The position numbers and the translations under genes were made by a program. Under the pieces are notes generated by a model. That model was given only the letters and a program-made list of their open reading frames with translations, was not told the DNA's origin and searched no databases. A stretch of 64,000 nt of DNA from Bilabrum cf. latius (Eukaryota). The stretch is from positions 310,001-374,000 of the forward strand of contig OZ237758.1 of the NCBI GenBank assembly GCA_965178125.1. Reading direction: 5' to 3'. Positions 23,737-37,825 of this stretch are shown here, one piece after another. Every line of letters begins with the position of its first letter. The stretch's first letter is position 1.

Positions 23737-24579
23737 TCATCGGACGACACGTACCAGATCAACGGCAACATCTGCGGACGACTTTGTGTGGAACGCGTAC
23801 GACTTTGGCAGGTCGAACCGGAGCTCTGCCACCACCTTGGCTTCGCTCGCGCCCAGGCCCTCTTTGGCCACCTTGAGCACGTGTTCCCTGGTGCTCGACT
23901 TGTGCATCGAGTACACTGCCCCGCCCTCTCTCACCAGCCCAAGGCCCGCGGCAAGGAACCGCATGTCCGCACCTGCATCCCTGGTCCCGAACGGGGGGTT
24001 GGTCAGCACAGTGTCGAAAACGCCTGCAGGTGCCGGTGCCGATGAGGCAGTGCCACTGCTAGGCAAAGACGCAGATGCGGACCCATAACCCTATGATGCA
24101 GGCCCAGATGCAACAGTGCTTGCGGGCTTGGCGAGCTCTGGCGGCACGGTCGCTGATGCGCTGCATGCTGGTCGAAGAGGCAACCGGCGAACATCACAAT
24201 TGATAAACTCAATCGCCTCGCACCCCAGCTTCTCGCAATTTGATTCGGCTATAGCAAGTGCTTCGGCATCTATGTCGAACCCAACCACTCGAGAGGCACC
24301 CGAGAGATCAGCAGCAATCGATAGCATCCCAGTCCCACACCCAAGGTCGCCTACATTCCTTCCAGCAATGTCTCCCAACCTCGCAGCGTGAGCTAAAACG
24401 TGCGCACACACCTCTGGTTGGGTCATATATTGCTCAAGCTCAATTTTGGGATCCTCAAAGGATTCTACTGAGCTCAAGGCAATTCGCAGCTTCTTTGGGT
24501 TGACTACAGGGTAGGAAAACGCGACTTTGGGAGGAACAGGGGGCTCTGGGCCTTTGGTAGATGCGCTACTTTCTGCCAT
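23737..24579 (-). CDS. METTL5: rRNA N6-adenosine methyltransferase METTL5 (280 aa, one TAG at 24091)
   Basis: FEDPKIELEQYMT, DLGCGTGML, FDTVLTNPPFGT, YSMHKSSTRE, ELRFDLPKSYAFH. The two halves are in one frame across the TAG. Confidence 0.93.
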
Positions 24580-24760
24580 ATTCCAATATGATAGCTCTGC
24601 TGTGGCAGGATGCAGATACTCGCGCAGTTGCACTTCTTCTCCAGATGGAGGTTCCGCAAAATGCGCGGCTACTCCAGCTTCAGGCCGTTTCGAACCTGGT
24701 GCCTTACGGTATCCCAAGAGGTGCTACCGCCCGATCTGACTGCGCGGGCCGCTTCCATTA

Positions 24761-27700
24761 ATGGAAGCTGCTATTCGGACAGTCGCTCGGAAAGGTGAGG
24801 GTTGGCGGCGCTCACCACCTAGTGCACACATTTTGAGAGAGATCACCTCTGCTGTGTTGCCGTTAACTTTCTTTTCCTGCAGGCAAAGCAGCTACATCGG
24901 AGGATCTCGATGAGATAAAGTATAATATTGAACACTCTGGGGCAACGGCGTCAGCAGTGGCACCGGCTGTATCAGCCGTGGCACCTTTGCTTCGGTCGCC
25001 AGATGCAGGCACGGTACTAGCTGCCCTCGACTGCGTCGATGGATTATCGTCTGCCCCTGCCTCCTCGTTTGCGCCGCATGTCGGTGCTCTGATTGAGCCA
25101 GTAGTCGCGTGTTCGGGCCATTCGCGTGCGGCGGTACGAGAGCGAGCAGTCGATGTTTTGCTCGCATTGATGGACGTCGCTGGGCCTACCGAAGTGTTCG
25201 ACAGGGTGCGCAAGCTAGGTATTTTCCGCAGCAGAAATGGAAGACTTCGGGAACAGTTTAGCGTGATATACGTTCGATCGGTTTCTGATTTTGGCTCTGG
25301 TGCCTTGCCTGAGCAAGACGTGCTGTCCGATGTGAGATGAGCACCGGGAACGATGTGTCCCCATGCTACCCGACGCGTGCGAGGGCGATCCTACGCAGGC
25401 AGGCGCAGACACAGCATCATGTTACAGCCAACGTGTATTTTCCCCTCCCATTTGTTGGATTGCCGAGCGTCGCCAAACCCGTTTCGAGGGAAGCGGCATC
25501 GCGCTGGATCGCGTCTCGGTCGTTGGGTTCACGCCGCGCGGCTTCCATATGACGCATTGTGCCGTATAAGCCATGCATGGTCGTCGATCCCGCTACTGCA
25601 ACCCCGTCTGCCCCTTGACCCTCTTCCCCTGCACCGCAGTTGTGCGAGCTGGTCCGAGACCCATCCTCCCCAGTGATGGAAGCAGCGCTGGATGCACTGG
25701 CAGTGATGGCACAGACACTGGGAGACGATGTACAGGTAAGGAATTCGACCCCAATATGCCTGGATTAGGTCAACCGGCGATATAGGAGGGACCAGCGCGT
25801 GGCTGCGTCGGCGTCGCATCACTCGCACCTGTTTAACGCATGTTATCTACCTCTGGTACCCTTTTTTAATTGATCGCAGCGAGAGCTCAGGAGAAAAGGA
25901 GTGCCTGCTCCTCTTGTATCGCTGTTCCAGGAACGGTTCGCCGAGTTTGCAGCCGAGGCGGAGGGCGACGAGGAGGACGAGGGGGGCGAGCCGTCCGGAG
26001 GAGCGCGCTTTGACGATGGAGGTGGTGTCGGCGACCGCGCGGCTGTGGGCGCCGGGTCCTGGGACGGGCACGGCAGTGGGATGCAGGAGACGAAGCAGCA
26101 GGCCTCCGGGGAATGGAGCGGTAGCAGCAGGGGCAGGGAGAGGGAGATGGAGCAGATGCACACGGGGCTGTCGGTGGGCGGCAGTGGGGCTCCGCATGCT
26201 GGGCGCAGGACGGGTGACTTGGTCGTGGAGGGCTCGACTGACGTGGGGATGGGGGAGGGCGGCAGCTACGAGGACGAAGAGGAGGAGGACGGGATGCACA
26301 GCGACATGGAAGCAGAAGGGGAGGAAGAAGACGACGGAGCCCTCGTCCTATTGCACAAGCACAGGAGCTGGCGCCCCGGTGTGATGGGGTTCGCGCAGGC
26401 GAAGGTAGCCCCGCCCCCGAGGCGCATGCCCAGCGAGAGCGAGACGGAGAAGGAATTCGACAAGATGATACAGGACCTTGCGGATTGCCAGAGGGCTGGC
26501 TGGAAGGCGCGGCTGGCTCACCTAGAGAGGATACGGTCGCTCTTGGCTGGCGGCGCTGGGCGATCCTCGGCTGCCTTCGTGCGCGGCGTGATGCGGCTGA
26601 GGGACTGCTGGTGCGAGCAGGTGGCGGACAGGCGCTCCGCCATTAGCAAGGTGGCTTCTCTGACACTGGCGGAGGTGTCCGCGGTCTTGCAGCAGAGGAT
26701 GGAACCCATCGCTGATGTCCTCGTTAGGGCGCTCCTCAAGATCGTGGTCATCACCACCGCGGTCATCTCCAGCTCGGGCGACCTGTGCCTCCGCGCCCTC
26801 CTGCACAACACGAGGAAAGGCTTCCATAAGGTGCTGCCCTTGCTCGCCAGTGCCTCCAAGAGCAAGAGCGCCGTGCTGCGGGCCAAGGCATCCGATTACC
26901 TCCTCTCCACCCTGCGAGGGTGGTCGGGCGAGGTGCTGCACCGGCACCAGGACCAGCTGATCGATGCCGTCAAGCACCTGCTGTCGGATGCGAACCAGGC
27001 GGCTCGATCGAACGCGAGAGTCGCGCTGTGGTCCCTCCGCGAGTTGTTCCCTGAGGACTGCGCGAGGCTGGAGGCATCGCTAGACGCGGGCACGGCTCGT
27101 CGCGCCCTGTCCAGCAAGTAGGAGCGTGAGGCGCACGACGCGAGGGCGGGTGCCATCGCCGAGTTCGAGGCGGTGGTCGGGGTGGGTCCCGAGGCGGACA
27201 GAGACCTGGTGGAGGGGCTTCCAGGCGGTCGTCGGGATCGTGGGAGGCAGGGCAAGGGCGGGCGAGGAGCTCTGACCCAAAGCAAGACCATGACCGCGAG
27301 GGAGTTGAGCGACAGCGTAAGAGGCGGGGCTGGGGCTGGGGCTGGGGGAGCACCAGGTGGAGGCCCTGATGGCTCCGCCGGCTCGCGAGCTTCTAGAGCG
27401 GACGCCCCACGAGCGCGAGCTGGGGTTGGGGCTGTGCCGCGACGCGGGTTGTAGCGGGGGTCAAAGTCGTTCTGGGGGGCCGGCTCGCCGGGCGCTTCGG
27501 GGGCAGGATCTAGGACGCTGGGCACCAGTGCTGCCGTGGAGCTGGAGCCTGAGGTGACGGCAGCCGCTGGTGCGGTGCAGGAGGACAAGCACAGGCAGGA
27601 GCCGTCCCCTCTGACGCGACGAGGGCACGGGAGTCAGGCAGGGTCCCAGGCAGGCTCGTCTCGGGCCTCGCCCATCGCGCTGCTGGCCGGGATCGCTGGC

Positions 27701-30700
27701 GCTAAGCAGGAGAGCCCGGTGGACATGGGGGTGGGTGGTGGGCACGGGGATCTGGAGGCGGCTCCAGCGAGAGGCGTCAAGGGAAAAAAGACGTCACTGG
27801 CAGACCTGGTTCTGGCCGAGGTGGGTGGGAAGAAGGAAGCCACGGCGGATCACGGAAGTGTTTCAGGCGCCTCCTCTGGCGCTGGAGCGGGAGCTGCAGC
27901 CGCTGTCTCCGAGCCAGAGGCGGCCCAACCACCCGAAGTCCCGAGGCAGCAGCGCGGCCAGCACGGCGGCTCGGCTGAGGCCAGGGTGGACAGCGGGCTG
28001 TCTGGCGGCAGGCGAGCCGGGGCCGGTTCGGACGCCCCTACGGGGCTGCTGTCGAGCGAAGACATTGGCGGGGTGGCCGGTGTGCTGCGGCTGCTGCGCG
28101 GCAGTGATTGGAGGGAGCAGCGGCGCGCGGCCCAGCACGTCACCCAGGCCTTCGAGGCCTCTGCCGCGGCCCAGGAGGAGCAGAGCAGGCCCAAGTCGGC
28201 TGGCAGGCTGTCCACCAGCTCGGCTGCCTCGGCGCACGGGCGGCTCGTGGGGGACGCCTCGGAGATGCAGAGGAGGTGCAGCCCACTGCTGCGCGCGCTG
28301 TGCGCCTGCGCGTCCGCCAGCCACAACGAGAAGGTGGCGGTGGATGTGCTGACGGCAGTGGCAGCCACTGTGAGGCACGCTTCCTCCCGGCTTGGCCCCG
28401 AGGACGTCAGGTCCGTGTATGCTACCTCCCTCCCCTCCGCTGCGTCGAGATCGGCACCTCTCCGAACAGCAGCAGAGGACGCCCTGGGAGCCATGCGGTC
28501 GGCGCTGCCCCCGGGCATGCAGCTCGCCGCTCTCTCAAGGGCCGTCGGGGGGGCCTCCGCACGAGGAGCCACCAAGAACCTCGGGCCCGCGCTCGCCCAG
28601 CTCTGCGCTCTTCTACAGGGCACAGACGGCGCCGCGGCGCTGCAGCACGCCCCCGGTGCCGCCAAGGCGCTCACCCGCAGGCTGGCCAAAGTCGTGCTCC
28701 GGGGTGCCTCCGCCGTGACGGGCGCTAGGGACGCGGTCGCGGCGGGGCTTGGGGAAGGGATGGGCTCTTCCGCGACCCCAGGACAAGCCGCCGCTGCGGC
28801 CGCCGCCGCCCTCACCGTGATGGCAGACACCGAGGCTGCTCTGCCCTTGGTGGCCTCGGCACTGGGCAGCATGATCGAGGCCGAGGTCCGCAGCATGCTC
28901 GAGTCTGTGGACTCCTTCGGGCACGCGGAGCAGGCGGCGCTGCTGCTGGAGGAGTCCGAGCGGGCCAGGGAACAGTCCGCCAGGGAACAAGCAGAGGCAG
29001 AGGCAGAGGCCGTGACTGCCGGATAGGACAGGGACTCCGAGCCTGCTGGCGCGCCTGGGAGCGGAAGCACCAGCGAGATGCAGGGGACGAGCAGCTAGGC
29101 AGCGAGGCAGGTCACCCAGTCACCGCTGCAAGACAGCAACGGGGCAGGAACCGGTGGACCTGGGGCGTCCACCACCGTGGCCCCACCCAGGCTGCCAGAC
29201 GCAGCTTTGGGCTCCCAGCGAAGGGTAGGCAGGGGTGGGATCGCCTCTAAGGCACAGGCGTAGGCTGGCACGGGGTCGGGGTCTTCCTACAAGCCCTCGC
29301 CTAGGCCTCCACGCCGTAGTGCGGGCGACAGCGGCGCTGCGACAGAGCACGGTGGGGCAAGGCAGCCGACCCCAACCGTGACGGCCACTGATACTCCCTA
29401 GACTAGCCCGCTTGGGTCCCACCGGCGGCTGCCCTCGTCTGCGGCGCGGAGAACAACAGGCAGGGACGAAGGCACACCGGGACCCGCCGGCGAGCCAGCA
29501 GCTGAAGTCGCGGTGGCTACCTCTCCGCTGCAGGCACAGGCTGCTGCAGCTGCCGCCCGCCGATCCACACAGCGAAAGGCTGCTCCAGGTTCGGGCTCGG
29601 CAGCGGGCGGGCCGCGCGCCGGTTTCGAGCCGTCGAGAGCGGAGCCGGGCGGCAGCAGAGGTGTGAAAGGCGCGGGCGCAGGAGCTTCGGGCCGGCGGGG
29701 GCAGCGTCCGACGGGCCTCAGGACGCAGGCCCTGCTGACCGGGGAACAAGGTGGCAGCCCCCTGCAGACGCCCGGGGGCTCGGCAAAGCCCTCCGTCCCA
29801 TCGTCGCCGCTGGAGAACAAAGGAAGGGGTTCCGCCCGCGCGACAGCATCGTCCGCCGCAGCGAAAGCCTCCAAGGAAGCAGAGGCGCAGGCGCCCGCGA
29901 CCTCCCGCCGATACGCCTCCAAGGGCCAGCTCCTGGCTTGGCTCGAGGCTGCGGCGGGAGGACCACTCGAGGAGCAGGTCGCCTCTGGATCCGGAGCCGG
30001 AAGCACCCGAGGGAACAAGACGCCCTCCCCCGCGCGCAAGGGACACGGCAAGGGCATGGGAACGCCCCCCTCCAGTCGGGGCACCTCTAGGTCCAGGCCG
30101 GGCTCGGCGCGCAAGTCACCCGAGGACGCTGAGAGGGCGGCGGCGGCGTGTGCGAGGAGGGCGAGGGCGAGGCTGGAGGCCCTGCACGGCCTCGCGCGCG
30201 TGTCTGTGCCCGCGGGGATGGCTACGGAGTGGGAGGGTGTGGCGGGAGAGGCGCGGCGGGACCTGCTGCGGGCCTGCGACGCCACCGCGCAGGAGTGCGG
30301 GTCCGAGTGGCCCGACGTGGTGTCTGCTGGACTCGCCACCATCCGAAGGGTGGCAAGGTTCCAGCACCGCGCCGTGTTTGGGACCCAAGAGGCCGTGGAG
30401 GAAGCCATCGGCGGACTCGTCTCCCTCGCGAGCAGGGCGGCGAGTCACAAGGACCTCACGAGCGGAGTGCTGCGGACCGCGGAGGAAATTGCAGCGGCGG
30501 CACCCGCGCAGAGGTGCGTGGATGCCGCGGTGCGATGCACAGAGAGAATCCTGGGTGCCGTTGGATCCGGCGCCGCGCAATCATCCGGTGGTTCCGCAGC
30601 AGAGGTTCCGGTGGTCCCGTCGGCTGCCAACCCTCTGGCTCTGCCCGGGCACCCCATCCACGCGGCGCTTGGGCTGGTCCTCAAGCTGATCGCCGGGCAG

Positions 30701-31198
30701 GTGGAGCGGCTGGCCAAGGGACGGACAGCGCTGGAGGTGTTCGGGGGCTCTCCGGTCGGGGGGGCGGGTGGGGAACACGGTGGCGATGGGCAAGGGGCAA
30801 CCCCCCTGCTCGCTCTGCTGCGGCGTGCGATGGGGGCGGCTGCCTCGGCCGTGCGCAAGGACGCCACGGTGTGCCTGATGAACTTTCGACGAACGTTCGG
30901 TGAGGAACAGTTTGATGCGACCGCGGGCAAGCTGCTGTCCAAGCGACAGCTGGACCTGGTGTGCCTGTTCGGCAAGATGAAGGGGGGCGGGGGCGTGTCA
31001 GATCGCTCCAGCGTCGCGGGCGGGTCCGTGGTTAGCGGGAGGGGGGCAAGCGTCGGTCTGTCTCGCGGCCTGGGTGCGCCGAGGATGGAGGGGGCCGGCC
31101 GGATGTCGGCGGCCGCGGCCCCCGGTAGGGCTGGCGGCAGGACCTCCCGGCGATTTCGTGGCCTGGCTCGGGCTTCAGACAGTGGAAAGCGCGGCTGA
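24761..31198 (+). CDS. CLASP: CLASP-family TOG/HEAT microtubule-associated protein; predicted introns ~24795-24882, ~25332-25639, ~25736-25879
   Basis: CLASP_N-like TOG (WKARLAHLERI...DRRSAISKVA...SKSKSAVLRAKASDYL...LSDANQAARSNAR...FPEDCARLEASLD) and a C-terminal AVRKDATVCL...LSKRQLDLV. Frame 25880-31198 is interrupted only by TAG. Confidence 0.8.
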
Positions 31199-31367
31199 TG
31201 GGATCTGTTCATATGAAGTAGCATTACTGCTGGTTTAGCTCTGGCCTGGCAGGGTGACGAGAAACTCGCTCTTAGTTTGAATGTAAGGTGTGTTTATACA
31301 GGACGAGAGAAAATGATATTTTGGCAGATCTCCCATCAATCAAGCCGTTTACAAAGCCTCAACAAGC

Positions 31368-32063
31368 ATGTCTGCCCGCAACGCCATGGTTCGCGCTTCT
31401 CGTGCTATGGTTCGTTCGACTGCCATGCGTGCCGGACAGGTGCGCATGCTGTCGACTCGCGATTCCATCAAGGCATCCGAGACCGGCGGCCCGCTGAACG
31501 CATTTTTCACCATGGGTGGCATAACCCGGCCGTTTGAGAACATGAAGTCGACCACAAGGCAGCAGCAAGCCTATTTCCGCAGCTTCGGTGTCGGTTCTGA
31601 GGGTACCAGCGACGGTGAGCACGATTGATGGCCTAGCACATTGCAGCAGGATGTGAAGTTTGCAGCTTTGCGCCATCTATCTTGGTCCCATAGATGAATG
31701 AGACGTACCCTTGTTTTCTTTTTCTATCTCGCAGGCACTCCCACCGTAAGAAGCCTTAGTCTACTTGTCATTGTCTCGCCCTCTCGTTCGATTTGATGAT
31801 GCGCTGCGCTGCCCGTCCACTTTCCCCTTTGCATTGCAGATGCTGAAGGGAAGCTACGACCGCTACTTGGTGTAAGAGGGCATCGCTTGCGTACCGCATT
31901 CTCCTACTTTCGATACTTGAGCCTTCATCAAGCAACTCCGTAAGTTCATTCCGTCGTCTCGATGCGCAGCATCGGATTCATCACCGTCGCGCTCACTGGT
32001 GGGCTCGCCAACGTTGCCATGACCTTCAAGGATCTCATCCTTGGCACTAACCGGAAGGAGTGA
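31368..32063 (+). CDS. Small mitochondrial membrane protein, cytochrome c oxidase subunit VIIa-like; exons 31368-31614, 31735-31745, 31840-31871, 31970-32063
   Basis: R/A/S-rich presequence. The spliced product ...QQAYFR...GTPTMLKGSYDRYLVIGFITVALTGGLANVAMTFKDLILGTNRKE has a single TM helix. Intron phases are consistent. Confidence 0.55.
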
Positions 32064-32230
32064 TTGAGGTAACGAGCATCGCGAGCGATCCGTTTGAGCC
32101 TGGTGCGGCGCTGGAGGGCTGCCAGTGGATGGTGCGCAGCACTAGTTTCTTTATCGATGATCGCTAAACCGCACAGTTATCTTCCATCTTCCACATATGT
32201 TGTGCTGTAGTAATTACATAGCATTTCGGA

Positions 32231-35200
32231 TCAGCTCACTCCCCTGGCAAGCTCCGCTAGCCTCTGGACCGCCTGCATGCCCGTCCTGCCTGCTGCTCGC
32301 ACCACAGCGTCCTGCCCCACACGGGACCGAAGGGCCTCCACCTGGCCCATCACGACGCGGGCAAGATTCCCAAACACCGCGGGGTCAGCCCTCGTGAAAC
32401 TTGCTCGCCCTCGAGCAAGTGCTCGACCACCGGCCCCGCCGTGCCGTGCCATCGCACCAGACGCTCGCTCCTCGGCAGCCGACGCCGTGGCCGCCACCGC
32501 CCGCTGCCCCGGGTCCATCCCGTCCCGACGGGAGCTTGGGTAAGCACCGGTCGCACCCACGCCCACGCCTGATCCGATCGCTGATCCGATCGCGACCGCG
32601 TTCCCCTCGATGGCGTAGGCGGCCCACAGCTGGCTCGGTGATCCACCCCCCCCTTGTTCCCCGAGAGTGTCCCTATCCTCCACGCCAGCGTCCCAGTCTG
32701 CGTCCGCCACGGCATTTGAGGACAGGCTCTGCAGCACCACCCCGGTCCCCTTGGAGAACACGCTGCCACCCCCCCTCAGACTGGCAAGCAGGGTCGGGGA
32801 GGGCTCGGCTCCCAGGCAATCCGGCGACTGCACCCCGTCGGCCAGCATCTCCCTGGGCCGCAGCAGCGCCGAGACGTCCATCACCAGGCCGTCCCTGCAC
32901 GGCACATCCGCAGCCATGAGCGCGTGCTGCAGCGCGGCGCCGATGCGCGGCGGCAGCGGAACCTAGCAGGCGCACGTCACCGCAGCCAGCGCCCATAACC
33001 GTGCCCGGGCGGGTCGCCCCGCCGCTGCTGCGTCAAAGTTGTCCAGCAGAGCGTCCACAAAATGAGTCGCAACCTCAACGGATAGCTTGGGCGCGGCACC
33101 ACTGCCAGCGCTCGCAGGGGAAGGAGCGCCTGCCCCCTGCAGCACCCGCGCCAGCCCAGCCGGGGCCCCCACCGCGAGTCGAGCCAGCGGGGTCAGGCAG
33201 GCGATCCTCACGCACTGTGGAGTGTCTTGGGAAGGACCGCCTTCCTGCGGGCCCCCGCCGCTTTGACCATGTCGATCAGCATCACCACGCAATAGCCGTG
33301 CCAAACTGGCCAGAGCAGGACCCACCACCGCCATGGCTCGTGCCCCACCGACGTCTGCCGCACTAGCAGCACCGGCACCAGTGCCAGTGCCAGCACCTTT
33401 GGCTCCTGGAGACCCTGGGACACCCGAGGCATGCTACTGGCGCACTCCCCGGAGAACAACGTCACACGCCCTAGCGGCGTGCATCTGGGTGCTCGGCCGC
33501 CCGGCGGCCGCAGCCTGGGCGAGAACTGCCTGGGCTGCCCGCCCCTCGTCTTGGTTGAAGGGAAACTTCCCTCCGCTGAGAATGACGAGGCCGACGACGG
33601 CCTCCGTCGCTTGGGGCAGGCACGCGGGACACGACTGGCCGGCGGTGACGGCTGCTTTGAGGGGCGCCGCGAGCTGCGGAACATAGGACGGCGCCGCGTC
33701 CAGGATGGTCAACCACAGCTCCATCGAGTCCTCCGCGGTGTGACGAACGGACTCGCCCCCGCCGGCACCACCTGCCCCGAGTGCCTCCCGCAGCAGACCC
33801 ATGGCCGGGCCAACGGCCTTTGAGGCCGCCCCCGGGCTGCTGTCAACCACGCCCGCCACGATGCGGGACACGCTCGCAAGCACGTGCGCCCTCATGTGCG
33901 CCTGCCCCTTGCACGCCGTCCACAAGCCCTGCATCTGCGCCAGCAATGGGGGCGCACAGGCCGCGAGTGCCGTCCTCGGAGCAGCCCCGCACAGCGCGTG
34001 CAGCAGCTCGAAGCACCGCAGCCTCGCATCGGTCCTCTGGCACAGCACCACCGCTTGTGCCGTGCCTTGCAGCAGACCTCGCAATAGGTTGCCCGAACCC
34101 AGTATGCGCGCCCCGTCCTTTCCTTCTGCAACTGCACTGTGACCACGACCAGGTGCTCCTCCACCGTCAGCTGAAGGAGGCACAAGGGCGTGAAGGGAAG
34201 GTACCATGTCAATCCCAGCCTGCAGGACCGCTGCCCTGACGGCACCGTCTGGACACGTCAGACCGCCGGCCAGGGCCTGCAACACTCTGGGGGCAAACTC
34301 AGAGTCCATGAAGCCGGCATAACAGGCTGCCAGCCAGCCCACTCGCCGGCACAGCACTCGCCAGTGAAAGGGCACAGCTCCTACCGCGCCCCCAGACCCA
34401 GCCGCGCCCGTGGAGAATGCCGCCAGCTGCCCAAGGAGCGAGGAAAAAGACCCACCGGACCACCCCTTGAACGGCACAACATGGCCAAAGTGGTACGCTG
34501 ACACGCCCCACAGCTGCATGGCCGCGTCCAAGCGAGCCGCGGCCTGCGCCGTACCGTTCGGCCATCCCTGCAGCTGCAATAGAGCCGTTGCGCCAGCGAT
34601 ACCTTCGGCAGTCCCCACGCCCACACCCGCTGCTTTTCTTGCGGCCTGCATCGCCCGCATCCACGCGCCATCAGCCGCACGGTAACACCCACTCATGGCC
34701 TCTACCGCATCGTCAGGCTATCGGTCTACCAGTGCCGCCATGAGAGAGTGCGCTGTGGCCCTGAGTGACCTCTCCCCGTCGCCTTCGTCCGCTTCCTCCT
34801 CCAAAGCAAAGCCCTCTGGGTCCTCCGTCCACCTCCCAGCGTCCTCCTGGGTCACCATGCACAGAGGTAGGGACACTTCTTCCACCAGTCTTCGAGTGAG
34901 GCCCTTGGACGACAGCATACCGCGCAGGCTGTCACGCGGGTCGGCACTGGGTGCTGCACCCCCGCTCCCGCCAGGGGACGCAGCCCCTGCGGGTGCCTTC
35001 CAGGGCGACCCCGACGATGAAAGGCTGCTCGCACCACCCTCAGTGCCTGAGCCGCCACCGCCGAGCGGTTCGAGCTGCGAACTGCTGAGAATGGCGCACA
35101 GCACGCGCACGCACTGGCAGGCAACCAGAGCAGACCGACCCACACCCGGCTGCACCGCCAGTTTGGCCACCTTACCGCCCCCAAAGTCCGCCCGTCCCGC

Positions 35201-36636
35201 CCTCGCTGCCTCCTCCGCCGACACGCGCCCTTCCATATCAGCCTCAGCCTAGGCCTGCTCCGTGCACACTCTCACGGCAGCATGCAACGGGCCAGCGGCA
35301 TCAGCTGCATGGTGGGAGGCGACCGCGTGCAAGAGCAGCAGCGACTGCTTGCAGGCCGCCAGCAACAGACTCCTTGGGCCGTATACTGATGATGTCATTG
35401 CCAGTGGGGGTACATCAGCGGAGCTCGAGGGCGAATTCGAGGGCATGGACTGAGGCGCGGTAGGGGTTGGGGTTGGGGTTGGGGTTGGGGGCGGGGGCGG
35501 CCTCCCGCTGCAAGCTCTCGACACTGGGATCGCCCACTGCAGGAATCGAACCTGCGCTGACACCAGGCCCAGGGCCTCCTCAGACCGGAGAGCTCCCGGC
35601 AATGCGCCCGATACTAGCCGGCGCAGCACCTTCCCGCACATCCTGCAGGCGTTGATGTTGTTCCCTGCGGACCACCACACCGCCTGGCTGACTGCAGCTG
35701 CTGGCGCGCTGCCAGCAGGCGCTGCCGACGCCCTGCCCACCGCAGGGCCGATGCAGCCGGCCGCGCGGGCTGCAGATCCCTACCAAATGCGAGCAAGCAC
35801 TGGCAGCATCGCGGAACTAGGTCCGGTTGCGAATGCGCGGCGCCTCATCATGAGCCCGTGGATCCGCTTCACGACAGAGTGCACCGTGGCCAGCACATGC
35901 AGGACGCCCGGCCAGGCGGGCGGAGGCACGGGGGTGGCCGGTTCCCCGGCACGGATGCACCCCGCTGCTTCCATCCCACGTCGGATGGCGGGGAGAAGCC
36001 CGTCCCATCTGCGGGGCCAGTCGGCTGCGGCGACGTCTGCCAGTGCCATGTCCAAGCGGCTGCGGAGGGGGGTGGGGAGGGGAAAGTCCCGCCCCAGGGT
36101 CAGCTGGACGAGAGCATCGCGCAAGACTCGCTTCTCGTCGTCGCCAAGGATGCGTCGCGAGGTGGAACCGAACTGCTTCCAGTGCTTCCGGACGACGTTG
36201 TGCACCATGATGGCTGCCCTCATCCGTACTTCGCGCGAGAGCGGCTTGGGCTGGCCATCATCGCCGAGCATAGGTGGCGGAAGCTAGAAGCCGCGGCTAG
36301 AACAAACTACGATTCGCTGCGAGGATGCCTAGAAATGCGCAGGCTGGGCACAACATATTACTGCACGCACGCATCGGCACAACACTATCGGCTTTGTGAC
36401 TGTCTCACCACCATCTGCTCAACAAACCCAGGAACATTCTCGCAGTGCTCCAATATGGCAACTGCTTTCCGCTGAACTTCGTGGTCTGGCGCGGCAGACC
36501 GATGCAGCAGCGAAACCAAGTGAGGAACGTGGCCAACGGCAAGTGCCGCAGGGATTGATGCATCTGCCACGATCTACCCTATGCTTGCAGCCGCAGGGGC
36601 GGTCCTGATACATCTCTGGGGGGATGACGAACTCAT
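32231..36636 (-). CDS. Importin-beta-family karyopherin (importin-11-like); intron ~36408-36284
   Basis: IBN_N-like AVAILEHCENVPGF...RMRAAIMVHNVVRKHWK...DEKRVLR, ADWPRRWDGLL, WTEDPEGF. Six ORF fragments lie in one frame joined by TAG; TGA at 32231. Start codon uncertain. Confidence 0.75.
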
Positions 36637-36772
36637 GAGGGCGCACACGCCACACCATGCATGTTACAGCCACTGAAGAAATTGTTCATCTCGGCTTGGA
36701 GCGAACTTGGATCGAACGTTCTTCCCTATCGGTGAATTTAAAAATCCACATCGCGTCTACCTAGCTGTACAA

Positions 36773-37825
36773 ATGATCATTCCTGTGCAAATTGAAAACC
36801 CCGAGAGTAAAGTATCGGAGTGGATCATGATCGAGCTGCAAGGAGAGATTAGGCCGAAAGGAAGAGGAGAAGATCTGTCTGGGCTGCGCCTTGGCGCGAT
36901 TCGATTCAAGAATGTGAGTATATCGAAGCATATGGGAAGCGAATTGCAGCAGTTGGCGGACATTTAGCGTGCATGCATGCACATGATTCTGTTGATGCGT
37001 GCGCAGGGCGTTCCAGTGATGAGAGTGGGGCAACACGAGATCCTAGGCAAGGAGGAGACGCTTGGGTAGCCCCAAGCGGTTGTGGAGAAAGCGCGGGTTC
37101 GCCCCTCTGAGACATAGCTTTTGCTATAGGAAGAGCGACAGGCTGCGTTGGAAGAAGCAGCCGATCCGTCCATGGCAGAATCCGAACTAGGGCCGTCTCC
37201 CATAGGAGCTGACGGCATGGTGGACGGCTACAACGTTGTCGGCTGGATCCGAAAGAAACTCGTTTTTGTCAACAACCCAAAACCAGTGCTCTCTCAGCGA
37301 TACAAGGCGCCGTCAGACGCCCAGCTGGCAGCCGCACAGGCAGGGGCCAAGGTGAAGGTGTGGGGAAGCGATGGAAGCATGCCACTGCAAGCAGCCATGA
37401 GCAGCAGCAGCAGCAGCAGCAAGAGAAGCAGCAGCCCTTCGCCTGCCGGCAAGGCAGGGGCGGCCCCTGGGGCACTTCCCCGACTGCCCAGCAGCGCAGC
37501 ATCCGGCGCCGGTGTGTCACCCGGTGCAGGGTAGGCTGCTCGCCTGCCGCGAGCAGGTGCTTCGGGAGAGGCGAGCATCCCCAAGATGGGCTCGCTGGAT
37601 GGAGCCGACCCTGAAGGCGAACAAGTGGTGCGTCCAGGGAACAAGCGGGGGCGAGAGGAAGGGTCAGCTGATCAAGCGTCGGCAGAAGGAACAGGCGACG
37701 AGACAAGCAGAAGCAGCAGCGCTGCCGCCGACGGTGCTAGCGGGAAGGGTGGTGGCGACTCCGCGGCGGGACAGGGCGATGCCCCTTCCAAAGCGCGGAA
37801 GAAGGCCAGAGTTGCAGTGCAATGA
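36773..37825 (+). CDS. CTF8: Chromosome transmission fidelity protein 8 with long low-complexity C-terminal extension; intron 36914-37006
   Basis: EWIMIELQGEI, LGAIRF, GVPVMRVGQHEILGK...PQAVVEK, YNVVGWIRKKLVFVNNPKPV. In-frame TAGs; TGA at 37823. Confidence 0.8.
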
